NCBI GenBank assembly: GCA_019057795.1
Contig: JAHLWS010000014.1
Coordinates: 1-51,058, forward strand
Source: Promethearchaeota archaeon
GTDB lineage: Archaea; Asgardarchaeota; Lokiarchaeia; Sigyniarchaeales; SOKP01
Direction: 5' to 3'
DNA length: 51,058 nt
Position numbers and translations under genes: made by a program. Positions 1 through 10,658 of this stretch are shown here, piece after piece. The first letter of the stretch is position 1. Every line of letters starts with the position of its first letter. Under the pieces are notes generated by a model. The model searched no databases. It saw nothing but the letters and a program-made list of their open reading frames with translations, and was not told where the DNA came from.

Positions 1-2
1 AA

Positions 3-236
3 AAACGATGGTTTATAGAGACGGGGTTTTCCGACTTAAATCGGATGGGTAGGCGCTGGAAGTCGAAACACGATAATACGAGATATTTAGACATGCTGGT
101 TCGAATGCTCCTTTATAATTCGTGGAAGATTAACAAGGCATGGCTCAAAAAATGCCGTAAAAAAGGGAAGAAACGCCAAAAGTGGACCTTACAAGACAAC
201 CAAGACGCTTTAGTTGATTTATTTCTCGAAGCGTAA
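3..236 (+). mobile_element. 3' fragment of IS4-superfamily (ISH3-like) DDE transposase, cut by the window edge
   Basis: Frame is open from base 3: KRWFIETGFSDLN matches the IS4-type R-W-x-I-E-x-x-F signature and is followed by an LLYNSW helix. A candidate right end ...TTAGATACTG (reverse complement CAGTATCTAA) finishes at 330. Confidence 0.75.
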
Positions 237-442
237 ATAAAATTAACAACTGTATATCAAAAAGGTGAAAATAATGTCGGCTCGGAAAAGAATAAAAATT
301 AATAGAAAAAAATTACTTCCTTAGATACTGAGTATAAAAAGAGAAATCTTTAAAATAAGAAAAGTTGATTAGTATTAATCAAAATTTATTATAAAAAATT
401 TACAAATAAAAAAAATACAAAAAACTAATATTAGTGTTTTTT

Positions 443-1876
443 ATGGCTGAAAATGAAGAAATTTCTTCAAGACATTCTTTTTCGACATACCTATCTTTTG
501 GGACATACAATATTCTCTGGACGATTCCAACGGCAACAATGAGTCTCTATATGTTTTTCTTTTATCATACTCAAGTCGGTCTCGATCCCATTTGGATCTT
601 GACTGTTGTTGGTATAAATACTGTGTGGGCCTCTCTCAACGACCCATTAATTGGGTGGCTAACCGATAAAAATTTTAAGTGGACAAGAAAATGGGGTCGA
701 CGTTTTCCGTGGATAGCAATCGGATTTATTCCACAGTCTTTATCTTTAATCATGATATTTGCTCCTCCTGATATAGATGCTTCAGTAAATCCTTTACCAG
801 TGATGCTTTGGCTTCTGCTTTCCCTGGTCGTGTTTGATTTGTTTATTACGCTTGTAGAAGTCCATACAGCTATACTTCGTGCAGATAAATTTCGAACGGA
901 AACAGAAAGAAGGAAAGGTGCGGGATCTTGGGGTGTCTTTGACATGTTAGGACAAGTCCTTGGAATGATGCTTCCACCGCTTCTTTTATTTTGGGGATAT
1001 ACTCTATTGTCTTTCACAGTTATGGCAGCAATGATAGCTTTGATAGCGATTATCTTTGGCATCATATTCGTCGCGAAGGGTGCTCGGGAGGATAAGATTA
1101 TTATTGATCGATATTACGCAAAAGATTATGAACGACTACATATGTTTAAAGGTCTAAGGTTAGTCCTTAAACAGAAAAGTTTTATGGCTCTCTACGCTTC
1201 TTACACTCTATGGCTCACGGCTACAGGTTCGATAATGGTTGGAATGGTAGCATATATAGTAACATTTATTTTACAAGATCCTAATCCGGATGCGATGATT
1301 CCCTTTTTCGCAATGTTTATCTTGGGAGGACTGATTTCTATTCCAGTTTGGCTCAAAATTCTTAAAAAAATGAATAACAATAAGAAAACCTATATTATCG
1401 GAAGTCTTTTTTTATGCGCCGTTATTGTGCCACTCACCTTTTTCCAAACAGATATTGAATTAATGATTATGATGTTTTTGTTTGGTTTCGGAAATGGATG
1501 TGTGTGGACAATTGGAATGCCCGTATTATATTCGAACGTTCAAGACGACTTTGTTGTGCGTACTGGGAAGAACCAGAAAGGTATTCTTGTTGGTACTTGG
1601 GCAATGATAGGACTGGTTACAGCTTTAATCGATGAAGCGATAATAACTCTGGTATTCGCGATTACTGGTTTTGATGCAGGAATCCCTGATTACGCTACTT
1701 TAGCTGCTACTCCGGGTATAGATGTAGGAGCAGTTTTATTGGGAATCCGGATTCTTTTAGGAATTATTCCTGCGGTGTTGGTATTAATAGGAACATTGAT
1801 CTTTTGGAAAGTATATCCACTTACTCAAGAAAAAGTTCTTGAAAACAAAGCTAAGCTGCAAGAAATTGGCTTTTAA
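443..1876 (+). CDS. GPH/MelB-like MFS sugar:cation symporter
   Basis: About 12 hydrophobic segments with NDPLIGWLTD and WGRRFPWI motifs. ATG 443 preferred to GTG 434. Oligo-T tract after the stop. Confidence 0.85.
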   Translation: MAENEEISSRHSFSTYLSFGTYNILWTIPTATMSLYMFFFYHTQVGLDPIWILTVVGINTVWASLNDPLIGWLTDKNFKWTRKWGRRFPWIAIGFIPQSLSLIMIFAPPDIDASVNPLPVMLWLLLSLVVFDLFITLVEVHTAILRADKFRTETERRKGAGSWGVFDMLGQVLGMMLPPLLLFWGYTLLSFTVMAAMIALIAIIFGIIFVAKGAREDKIIIDRYYAKDYERLHMFKGLRLVLKQKSFMALYASYTLWLTATGSIMVGMVAYIVTFILQDPNPDAMIPFFAMFILGGLISIPVWLKILKKMNNNKKTYIIGSLFLCAVIVPLTFFQTDIELMIMMFLFGFGNGCVWTIGMPVLYSNVQDDFVVRTGKNQKGILVGTWAMIGLVTALIDEAIITLVFAITGFDAGIPDYATLAATPGIDVGAVLLGIRILLGIIPAVLVLIGTLIFWKVYPLTQEKVLENKAKLQEIGF

Positions 1877-1926
1877 TTAATTTTTTTTTTTTCTTATACT
1901 TTTTTATTGAAAATCCTATTTCATAG

Positions 1927-3060
1927 TTATAACTTTAAAGGATATTCCCCGAATTTCTTTGTCGCAGAGATCATCGTTAAAACATTCTCGAGTTTACAAG
2001 AATTCGTTATGTCTGTGCAAGGGCTCAAAATATAACCCCCACCTTCGCCAGCGTCCCGAATGCACTTTTTCACAGCGTTTACGACGTCGTTTTTTGTGCC
2101 ATAGGGTAAAAGTTGAGAAACATCAATATTTCCGACCAAACATAGTTTATCTCCATATTTTTCCTTCAGGTACTTCAAATCCATACCTGCCATCGGCTCC
2201 AGAGACTGTACGCCGTCAAAACCTGCTTCGATTAGCCCATCAAAATATGGTTCAGTAAATCCATCCGAGTGAAAGATCGCATATTTTCCTGCTTTTTTTA
2301 CTTCATGAACGATTTTCTTATATGCGGGTACGATCAGCTCACGATGGTATTTAGGATTTATCATAGTAGTATTCTTTAAAGCAGAGTCATCGCATAGAAA
2401 GAAGATATCAAAATCTGTTTCAGCTAACATCTTTGCTGCTTGCACCGCTTTATTAGTCCTCAATTCAATATATCTTTTTATCTTGCTTTTGTTTTTTCTT
2501 ATTAATTTTATTAGCAATCCTAAACCAATTCCTTCCCAAATTGGCTCTAATATATAGTCTAATTGAGCACAAGGAACAATTTCGTCCATTGGGAACCTTT
2601 TAAGCCTTTTATTGATTTTAGAAGCAAAATCGGCTCCCTCTTCCCATTCAACATCGTAGTAAGTATCGTAAAAGTAATCTGCCATTTCCTCAGAATTGAT
2701 GTAATTTTTTAAATACCAAGAGATGTCTGAGTCAGCCGGGGGCTTTTTCAAAAAAAGTCTGCCATCGATATCAATGTATTTTTTAGGGTCTTCTGGCTTA
2801 GGAACTGGATGTTCGTTCAAATAACTTTGAGGTAGATGAACTGGAAAACCCTGAAAACCCCAAGAAGAATCAAACCCTAATTTTTTGTGAAAATTCAAAT
2901 CTACATAATAATAAAAGTATTTTCTAACCCTTTTGAAATCAGCACCCCAATATTTTAATAGTTCTTTTCTAAAACCAGGCATGATTTCTTGACAGAAAAG
3001 AGGTATCCGATCGACTTCTTCGTGGTTTAACGCTCTTAACATTCTTTCTCTTGCGTTCAT
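1927..3060 (-). CDS. Uroporphyrinogen decarboxylase / MtaA-CmuA-like family protein
   Basis: MNARER..AL.HEEVDRIP N-terminus; FHSDG, LEPMAGMD, LVGNIDV and GGGYILS motifs. Confidence 0.8.
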   Translation of the reverse strand: MNARERMLRALNHEEVDRIPLFCQEIMPGFRKELLKYWGADFKRVRKYFYYYVDLNFHKKLGFDSSWGFQGFPVHLPQSYLNEHPVPKPEDPKKYIDIDGRLFLKKPPADSDISWYLKNYINSEEMADYFYDTYYDVEWEEGADFASKINKRLKRFPMDEIVPCAQLDYILEPIWEGIGLGLLIKLIRKNKSKIKRYIELRTNKAVQAAKMLAETDFDIFFLCDDSALKNTTMINPKYHRELIVPAYKKIVHEVKKAGKYAIFHSDGFTEPYFDGLIEAGFDGVQSLEPMAGMDLKYLKEKYGDKLCLVGNIDVSQLLPYGTKNDVVNAVKKCIRDAGEGGGYILSPCTDITNSCKLENVLTMISATKKFGEYPLKL

Positions 3061-3163
3061 AATTTCTAGGATGTTTTAATTTTAGATGTTGTATAAGATA
3101 AGATAAAAAGAAAAGAAATAATCCGAAAATAAATTTATCTATTTTCTAATTCTAATAAATTAC

Positions 3164-3934
3164 ATGGCAATATTAATTGAAAAAAATTATCCTGTATTTA
3201 CCATTGTTATTAATAATCCCGAAGTTAAGAACGCAGTAGATGGACCTACAGCTCAAGAATTGAGTGGAGCATTTAGGGAATTCGAAAACGATAAAAAGGC
3301 TTTAGTTGCTGTATTATGGGGCTCTAATGGAACGTTTTGTTCAGGTGCAAATCTGAAAGCTATTGCTGAAGGAAAAGGTAATAAAATAGAAAAAGATGGA
3401 GATGGTCCGATGGGTCCAACGCGGATGTTTTTATCAAAGCCAGTTATTGCAGCTATAGCAGGTTATGCTGTTGCAGGAGGATTAGAACTTGCCTTATGGT
3501 GTGATATGCGTGTTGTTGAGAAAGATGCGATTTTTGGAGTATTTTGTCGCAGATTTGGGGTGCCTCTTATAGATGGTGGTACTGTGAGATTACCAAGACT
3601 TATTGGATTAAGTCGAGCTATGGATATGATTCTTACTGGACGCTCTGTGAATGCTGAAGAAGCACTCGTGTGGGGGCTTGCTAATCGAGTAGTTGATATA
3701 GGTCGATCGAGAATTGAAGCAGAAAAATTAGCAAGAGAAATTGCGGCTTTTCCAAAAACTTGCATGAGAAACGATCGCTTCTCCGCTTATGAACAATTTG
3801 GATTAGATATTAAAGATGCGATGGTAAATGAATTTAAATACGGTTTAAAAACCTTAGAAAGCGGAGAATACATAGAGGGAAGTCAAGCTTTTAGTAAAGG
3901 TAAAGGTAAACACGGTAATTTTAAGAGGATATAA
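3164..3934 (+). CDS. Enoyl-CoA hydratase/isomerase (crotonase) family
   Basis: FCSGANLK, KPVIAAIAGYAVAGGLELALWCD and GGTVRLPRLIG motifs. Confidence 0.9.
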   Translation: MAILIEKNYPVFTIVINNPEVKNAVDGPTAQELSGAFREFENDKKALVAVLWGSNGTFCSGANLKAIAEGKGNKIEKDGDGPMGPTRMFLSKPVIAAIAGYAVAGGLELALWCDMRVVEKDAIFGVFCRRFGVPLIDGGTVRLPRLIGLSRAMDMILTGRSVNAEEALVWGLANRVVDIGRSRIEAEKLAREIAAFPKTCMRNDRFSAYEQFGLDIKDAMVNEFKYGLKTLESGEYIEGSQAFSKGKGKHGNFKRI

Positions 3935-3958
3935 AATAATTTGTAATATGGTGATTAG

Positions 3959-4381
3959 ATGATTGTGTTTGAAGAATTTAGAGTAAAAACCCCAGAAAGA
4001 GAAGTTTTACTAGAAATTACAAATGAAATTAGAAAGATTGTAAGCAATTCGGGTATAAATGAAGGTGTCTGTCGCGTATTTGTACCCCACACTACTGCGG
4101 GAATAACAATTAATGAAAATGCAGATCCCTCTGTTATGAAAGATATTTCTAATTATTTGAGCAAATTGATACCAAAAGGCGGAAGTTTAGGATATTCGTT
4201 TAGACATATGGAGGGTAATTCAGACGCACACGTTAAATGCTCTTTAACAGGACACTCATTAGAATTATTAATTCATGATGGTAGGTTAATGCTTGGAACA
4301 TGGCAAGGTGTGATATTTGCAGAATTTGACGGTCCGCGAAACAGGAAAGTCTTTGTCCAAATTCAAGGAGAAATTAATTAA
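3959..4381 (+). CDS. yjbQ: YjbQ/UPF0047 family protein
   Basis: HTTAGITINENADP, EGNSDAHVK and LGTWQG..FAEFDGPR motifs; GGTGA SD upstream. Confidence 0.9.
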   Translation: MIVFEEFRVKTPEREVLLEITNEIRKIVSNSGINEGVCRVFVPHTTAGITINENADPSVMKDISNYLSKLIPKGGSLGYSFRHMEGNSDAHVKCSLTGHSLELLIHDGRLMLGTWQGVIFAEFDGPRNRKVFVQIQGEIN

Positions 4382-4403
4382 AATAATATCAATAAATTAT
4401 ACG

Positions 4404-5642
4404 TCATTTCTTTACTAATTTCAACGTTATAAAGAATGTGATAACTACTAAACCATTAATTAAGTAAAAGGGTAAAAATATATAGATTTCCCCTAAAGAA
4501 CTAATAACAATTGGTCCAATTGCGCTACACAAAAATCCTATAGCGTTGTTAAATCCGATGCCCGTACCTTTTAAATCCGGGTCAATTTTTTCGATAATGT
4601 TTAATAGTAATGTGTTTCCCGCTGGTTCGTACAACGCTAACCCTATCCCAACAAATATCGTAATTATTAAAAATACAATCAGATTAAAAACAATACTAGT
4701 CAAGAACGGAAGAGCAAAAAAGATAACAATTATTTGTCCTATTAACATCATTTTTCTTGGGCTATGACGATCTGTTAATCTACCAGAGATAAACACAAAA
4801 ATAATGTAAGCCGCTACAATAAGAATTAAAACATAGCTCGTTTGAATTTCGTCTAAAATAAATTGGACTTGTAAGACCCAAATTAAATATGCCATAATTC
4901 CTCCAAATATAAACCACCTTACGCTATTTAAAAAAATCGTAATTATAAACTGCTTTTCTTGTAATAAGATTTTTATATTTTCTAAATTTAGCGACATTTT
5001 ATTCTCATTTTTGGGACTTTCTAAATCCGCTTTCACTTTTTCGTTTCCCTTTTCTTTCAAGAAAATAATCATAACTACCCCCGATATTATTGTAAAAATC
5101 CCCGAAATAGAAAATATATTCCTAAACCCTAAATATGAAGAGATATATCCCCCAATAACGATACCTCCAAAGTATCCTAAGGACATCGATAACGCGTATA
5201 AACCCATTCCTTTTCCATGCTCTTCTTTCTCGTAAATATCACCAATAACTGCTTGTAAAATAGACGTATAAGCTCCTGCCCCTTGAATTGCTCTAAAGAT
5301 TATAAGTTGAACAATGTCCTGAGCGATAAAACATAAAAAAGTTCCAATTATGTATATAATCAATCCGATAAGTACAACTAATCTTCTACCATACTTATCA
5401 GAGGCAGCTGCGAATGGAAATTGAAACAGTGCTTGCGTTACAGAAAAGATCCCTATTACGATTCCATAAGCGGTAAGAGTTCCAGATAGGCTTATAATAA
5501 AAGAAGGTAACCCAATATTAACCACGCTTATTCCTAAATTTCTAAAAAATACTCCCATTAAGATAACAAAAAGCAAAATTTTTATGTGCTTTCCAAAATT
5601 GCTCTTTGAACTCTTTAAATTATCCTCAGTTTTAATCCCCAT
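4404..5642 (-). CDS. MFS transporter (MFS_1)
   Basis: SDKYGRR motif A, RAIQGAG, about 12 TM segments. Confidence 0.85.
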   Translation of the reverse strand: MGIKTEDNLKSSKSNFGKHIKILLFVILMGVFFRNLGISVVNIGLPSFIISLSGTLTAYGIVIGIFSVTQALFQFPFAAASDKYGRRLVVLIGLIIYIIGTFLCFIAQDIVQLIIFRAIQGAGAYTSILQAVIGDIYEKEEHGKGMGLYALSMSLGYFGGIVIGGYISSYLGFRNIFSISGIFTIISGVVMIIFLKEKGNEKVKADLESPKNENKMSLNLENIKILLQEKQFIITIFLNSVRWFIFGGIMAYLIWVLQVQFILDEIQTSYVLILIVAAYIIFVFISGRLTDRHSPRKMMLIGQIIVIFFALPFLTSIVFNLIVFLIITIFVGIGLALYEPAGNTLLLNIIEKIDPDLKGTGIGFNNAIGFLCSAIGPIVISSLGEIYIFLPFYLINGLVVITFFITLKLVKK

Positions 5643-5752
5643 TTATTTTAGAAATTAAGAAAAAAATTTAAAGTTATTTTTCGCAATATTTTAAACTTTT
5701 AATACTCATATTTACATAATCTTAGTTATTAATTTGGAAAAAAGGGATAATA

Positions 5753-6811
5753 ATGGAGATTGGATTTAATTCTTTATCAAATTTAGCCCAGATTAGGAAA
5801 GATGTGAAGAGAAAAAGAATCTCTAGTTACGATAAAACAGGAGCAAATGCTGATTTCCTTAACTTCAAGGGCAACGAAATAAGGGAAATTTGTAACATTG
5901 AAGGCGCTGGAATGATAAAACACATCTGGATGACAATTGCCTCGGGAGAACCTTATTACTTGAGAAAAACAGTTATTAGAATGTGGTGGGATAACGAAGA
6001 ACACCCTTCAGTAGAGTGCCCAATAGGAGACTTTTTTGGGGTAGGGCACGCAAAAACCGCAAATTTTTGGAGTCTACCGCTTTCTATGGGGCCAGAGGAC
6101 GGAAAAGGATTTAATTGTTTTTTCCCAATGCCGTTTTCAAAACGAGCTCGAATAGAAATTGAAAATGACAGTGACACAGCCCTGGTAGTCTATTTTTATG
6201 TTGATTATGAAGAATATAGCGCGTTAGACTCTACTTATGGTAGATTTCACGCTTTTTGGAATCGCGTAAATCCATGTGAAGGAAGCGATTATATTAAAAA
6301 GAAAAAAGTGGAATTCTTTTTTAGAAAGAACCCAACGCACGAAAAAGATTATTTTGTTATGAACGCCGAAGGTGAAGGTCATTTCGTTGGATTTCATTTA
6401 GATATCCATAATTTATATGAAACTGAGAAGCACAATTGGCCCGGTGAAGGAGACGATTACATAGAGATCGATGACGGTGAAATTATTCTTTATGGAACTG
6501 GTACTGAAGATTATTTTTGTACATCGTGGTGCCCAACTCAATACTATTGTTCACCCTACTTTGGAATTCCATTACCTGGAGGTAAAAATTGGAGTGGCAA
6601 AATATCCTATTATAGGTATCACATTGAAGATCCGATATATTTTCACAAAAATATTAAAGTAAAGATAGAGCACGGTCACGCGAATCAAAGATCAGACGAT
6701 TGGTCTTCAACAGCTTACTGGTATCAAACAGAGCCACATCAGAAATTCAAATCATTTCCGTTAGTTAACGATAGATTACCTAGAGAAGAACCTAAAGAGA
6801 TCGAACCTTAA
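5753..6811 (+). CDS. DUF2961 / glycoside hydrolase family 172 protein
   Basis: SSYDKTGANAD, PSVECPIGDFFG, FPMPF, WPGEGDD, GTGTEDYF, YRYHIEDPIYF and IEHGHAN motifs. Confidence 0.88.
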   Translation: MEIGFNSLSNLAQIRKDVKRKRISSYDKTGANADFLNFKGNEIREICNIEGAGMIKHIWMTIASGEPYYLRKTVIRMWWDNEEHPSVECPIGDFFGVGHAKTANFWSLPLSMGPEDGKGFNCFFPMPFSKRARIEIENDSDTALVVYFYVDYEEYSALDSTYGRFHAFWNRVNPCEGSDYIKKKKVEFFFRKNPTHEKDYFVMNAEGEGHFVGFHLDIHNLYETEKHNWPGEGDDYIEIDDGEIILYGTGTEDYFCTSWCPTQYYCSPYFGIPLPGGKNWSGKISYYRYHIEDPIYFHKNIKVKIEHGHANQRSDDWSSTAYWYQTEPHQKFKSFPLVNDRLPREEPKEIEP

Positions 6812-6841
6812 AAATAAAAATAAAAAACTTTTTTAAACTTT

Positions 6842-8194
6842 CTATAAATTCTTTAATTTAGTCAAACGTTCTTCGTGAAGTTCGCTCAACTTTTTTTGTT
6901 GCTCCATGAATTTTTCGTAGTTAAGTGGGAAAAACTTAAACACTAACAAAGCAAGTAAACCACCTATAACTGGAACGAATGATACTAATGCTTTTAATCC
7001 TATTTCCGCCTGGGGGGATTGTGTGATGGCTTCTACATCAAATTCCGTTAAAACTTGTACGATTATCAATGTTAAACCTGAAAAAACCATTGCTAGTCTT
7101 GCTACAAAAGTTAAGATCCCCATAAATGTTGCTTCTCGCCTTTTACCCGTCTTTAACTCGTCTGAATCTATTGCGGCGCTCATAGCTGGTTTAGTCATTA
7201 ACATTCCCCCTGCTCCAAATCCTGGAATTATTGTAAGAATAACTAGGAGAGGAAAATTATCAATAAGGAATAAAGGCCAAATTCCAATCGTAAAAATTCC
7301 AATAGAGAGCAATAATCCATACTTTGGACCTTTTTTGGCATAAATTCATTTCCAGAATAAGACGCTCGTAAGAATCCCTATGGCAATTCCTATTGCCGCA
7401 AATCCCACTAAACCTTCTTCCATTTTAAGAATAAATCGGGCATATAAAGGGAGAATGGTTAGTGTTAATCCAGTAAAGAAATCTATTAGTGTGTAGGTCA
7501 ATGTAATGTTTAGAAATGGCTTATTCGATAAAGTTTCTTTAAATGCCGTGAAAATAGGGAGTGGTTCATCGATTTGATACTCCTTCCTTTCCCTTGTACC
7601 TAAAAGAGACAATAACATAGTAACCGGTATTAAAGCACCAAATAATATACCTACTATGGGCCATCCCATTGCAGAGGCTAATAAAGGAGGTATTATTATT
7701 CCAATCATCGCGGACAGAAAAGCAATTAAGTCTTTAATAGCAACAACCGACGCACGCTCCTTTTAATCTTCATACATTTCTGTATATAACGCCGACCATG
7801 CGGTCATTGCCAGTGTGAAACCAAAATCGAATAAAAACAGCATAATCAAACCATGTAAGAAAATTCCCATTTGGTCTGTCCACGGAACCCACCATAAAAA
7901 CATAAAACCAATAGTAAATGGAACTATTCCAATTACAATATAAGGGATGCGTCGACCCCATCTTTTGAATTTCCATTTATCCATGTAATATCCCATTAGT
8001 GGGTCGTTAACGGCGTTCCAAATACCATATAATAGCAAAAGTAAACTGGCTGATCCAAGCTATAACCCAGCTACAATAGTATAAAAAAATATTAAAAATG
8101 ATTGGATCATATTGTAATGCAATGAGCTTGGAATTGCTGCTAACGAATAAAGAAAATGACCTGAAAATGAATGAATTCTATCTTTTTCTCTCAT
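6842..8194 (-). pseudogene. GPH-type MFS transporter interrupted by three in-frame stops
   Basis: ORF-track pieces 6842-7312, 7346-7708 and 7763-8038 are all in one frame from ATG 8194. Stops are TAG (8060-8062), TAA (7763-7765) and TGA (7346-7348). WNAVNDPLMG, WGRRIPY and DELKTGKRREA motifs are retained. Confidence 0.88.
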
Positions 8195-8269
8195 ATTTTA
8201 TCACTTTTCAGTTAATATTAATTATCTATATACAATTTTGTTGAGAATCTATTTTAATGTTTTTGATAT

Positions 8270-9766
8270 TTATTTATCATCTTCGATAACTTTTAAACCT
8301 AAAATTTTTGCTCCGTTTATGAAAACTTCCTTCCAATCGCCTATGAAAGTTACCCTATGCCATCCAAATGCTTCCCAATCATAGTTTTCCATAATTTCTT
8401 CAACATCGCTTTCTACTAACATTTTAGAAACGCAGCCTCTTTCATCCACTATATTATCTATTATTTTTCCCGTACGGATTGAGATTTTTTTTTCAAAAAC
8501 GCTGATTTTAATAGTCGTTACTGGTTCCCCTATTGGAAATTTAACGCGAGGCGAGGCACCTAAAAAATGAGTTTCACCATGGTATACGATATCATAAGGC
8601 GCTTGTGGCCCCTCTGGTCCTTGCAAATTACATGGAGCTACACAATGCATGTATGTGATTTGGTTTTTTTTGATATCAAAAGTGTGGTTGGACACATATC
8701 CAGGTCTACCAGTTAAGTACAGTCCAAAAAGAAAGCTTATGGTCGAATCCATGTCGGACTCACATATGCCGTATTTTCCTTCTTTACTTAATTCGAAAAA
8801 AGCCATGCAAGGATAAGCGGGAAACGCGCCGCACAATAAGAATGTGCCACAATCGGGAGTAAAAACGTCAATGTCTTTATCTTTCAAGATATTTTTAAAA
8901 GCTAGATATAGTTTTGCAGAATTTAAAATGGTTTTATCCGTGGGTTCAACTATCGTAGCGTTTTTAACCCATTTTTGAGCGATCTCTTTTGCTTGGTCCG
9001 TGTCAACTACATTATAATATTTGAGAATCTCATCTGGATCTCCTCTAATCATTTCTATATCGAATACATTCTTTAAGATTTCTTTATAGAGGGTTTCATC
9101 CTTTCTCCACTGGTGTGCTTGATCTAAACCAACTGTATCGGTATAAAATTCAAATTCCTCATCGCTAGTCATTTTACCTATTTGATCGAAAAACTCTGGA
9201 TGATTTTTAGCTATTCGCATTCGTTCGGGATTAAATAACCCTAATATGACATCCCAGTTCATTTGAATGATGTCTTTAGCGTAAATCAAGACCCTTTTTC
9301 CTCTTAAACGCATAAGATTAAACATATTCTCAAATGTTTTGTCAAAATCTTCTAAATTTTTTGAAGACAAAATAGATAACTGATAATTCTTGTCTTTAAC
9401 AGTTGAGAATATTTTTGTAAATGTATGGTCTCCAGCATAAATATAATTGGCTAAAATTACCGGTTTTTTGCTCTCAATAAATTCAATGCCCGCTTGAACA
9501 ATCCCTGGATCTCCATAATGCCCTATCGTAAAAACTATAACCCCGTCAACCTCTTCGATATCTTTCTTAATCTGGTTAACTAATTCGTTATCGTAGGTTG
9601 TAATAATCTTACTATAATTAAACTCTATTTTATTAAATCTCTCGTTTAGATGTTTTCTAATGGAATCTATCGTTTTGTTATTATCAAATCCCAAATAAGG
9701 CCATCCAGCTTCCCATTGTGGTTTTCCTATAAACACAACTTCTATTTTTACATCTTTGTTATTCAT
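8270..9766 (-). CDS. L-fucose/L-arabinose isomerase-like protein
   Basis: C-terminal CESDMDST, HCVAP, GEPVT and GWHRV motifs. ATG 9766 preferred because GGTAGTGA lies upstream; TTG 9784 is the alternative. Confidence 0.65.
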   Translation of the reverse strand: MNNKDVKIEVVFIGKPQWEAGWPYLGFDNNKTIDSIRKHLNERFNKIEFNYSKIITTYDNELVNQIKKDIEEVDGVIVFTIGHYGDPGIVQAGIEFIESKKPVILANYIYAGDHTFTKIFSTVKDKNYQLSILSSKNLEDFDKTFENMFNLMRLRGKRVLIYAKDIIQMNWDVILGLFNPERMRIAKNHPEFFDQIGKMTSDEEFEFYTDTVGLDQAHQWRKDETLYKEILKNVFDIEMIRGDPDEILKYYNVVDTDQAKEIAQKWVKNATIVEPTDKTILNSAKLYLAFKNILKDKDIDVFTPDCGTFLLCGAFPAYPCMAFFELSKEGKYGICESDMDSTISFLFGLYLTGRPGYVSNHTFDIKKNQITYMHCVAPCNLQGPEGPQAPYDIVYHGETHFLGASPRVKFPIGEPVTTIKISVFEKKISIRTGKIIDNIVDERGCVSKMLVESDVEEIMENYDWEAFGWHRVTFIGDWKEVFINGAKILGLKVIEDDK

Positions 9767-9896
9767 TTTAAAATTCACTACCAATCAAAAAATTGTATTA
9801 CTTATCTATTAGGTTTTGAACTTTAAAAACATTAAAAATTTTAAAAATAAAATTTTTCCGAAAAAACTTAAATATTCTGACAACCATTTTATTTAT

Positions 9897-10157
9897 ATGA
9901 TAATTGATGAGAAAGTAAAAGTCGGTAAAAAAGGGGAGATCCTTCCAAAAAAACCCTTGAGAGAAATTTCCGGTATCCGACCAGGAGATAATGTATTAAT
10001 TGAGGCTCAACCTGGTCGATTGATAATAAATAAAATTTTTACTGTCAAAGAACTTCTAGAAATGCCAATCATTTCGCAAGGAACAGCTGAAAGCGTAGAA
10101 AAGGATATTGAAGAAGAAATGAAAATACAAGAGAAATTGACAAATGAAGAACATTAA
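9897..10157 (+). CDS. AbrB/MazE/SpoVT-type antitoxin (VapB-like)
   Basis: VKVGKKGEILPKKPLREISGIRPGD AbrB fold with an acidic tail; overlaps the PIN gene. ATG 9897 preferred to TTG 9816. Confidence 0.8.
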   Translation: MIIDEKVKVGKKGEILPKKPLREISGIRPGDNVLIEAQPGRLIINKIFTVKELLEMPIISQGTAESVEKDIEEEMKIQEKLTNEEH

Positions 10158-10644
10158 ACCTTTAATAATGGATACAACCTATATTTTACCATTATTCGGT
10201 ATTAAAATAATAGAACTAACCAATTTTAAAAAATTCTCTAAAAAACTCTGGTCAAATGGATTAAAAGGATTTAATCTATACTTACCCTCAACATGCTTAA
10301 TGGAGGCTTTGTTTAAATTAACCGGGGAATATCGAAAGAGTAATGATGTTGATGTACTTAAACGTTACGCCATAGCAATACCTTCAATCCTTTCCTTCAG
10401 CTCGATACAAATCTTCAACCCGCTACTAAATCCTGAAGCAATTAGGATTGCGATTAACATAAAATATGCCGGCCACCCTGATCTTATGGATTGCTTAATT
10501 GCTGCCAGTGCTGTGGCATTAAAAGGGATATTCTTGACAGAGGATATTGAATTGAGTAAAATTTTAAAAATTATTCCGGAAACCAAAAATGTTTCTATTT
10601 GGTCTTGGAGTGATCTTATTAAAAATGAATTTGCTCAAGATTGA
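10144..10644 (+). CDS. PIN-domain VapC-like toxin
   Basis: IMDTTYIL...CLME...DLMDCLIAASA...FLTED acidic PIN pattern. Confidence 0.82.
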   Translation: MKNIKPLIMDTTYILPLFGIKIIELTNFKKFSKKLWSNGLKGFNLYLPSTCLMEALFKLTGEYRKSNDVDVLKRYAIAIPSILSFSSIQIFNPLLNPEAIRIAINIKYAGHPDLMDCLIAASAVALKGIFLTEDIELSKILKIIPETKNVSIWSWSDLIKNEFAQD

Positions 10645-10658
10645 TATAAGTAAGTTTT

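Noticed and set aside
274-324. 16-codon basic ORF (MSARKRIKINRKKLLP) with an AGGTGA SD
   Set aside because: Too short, inside the putative IS end, and with no independent support.
7346-8062. Selenocysteine/pyrrolysine or other stop-codon recoding in the interrupted MFS gene
   Set aside because: Three different stop types occur, including TAA, at non-catalytic positions. TGA and TAG act as normal stops elsewhere in the window, and no SECIS-like element was recognised.
9816-9896. TTG 9816 start for the antitoxin
   Set aside because: The extension is low-complexity, promoter-like AT sequence, and the AbrB fold begins at ATG 9897.
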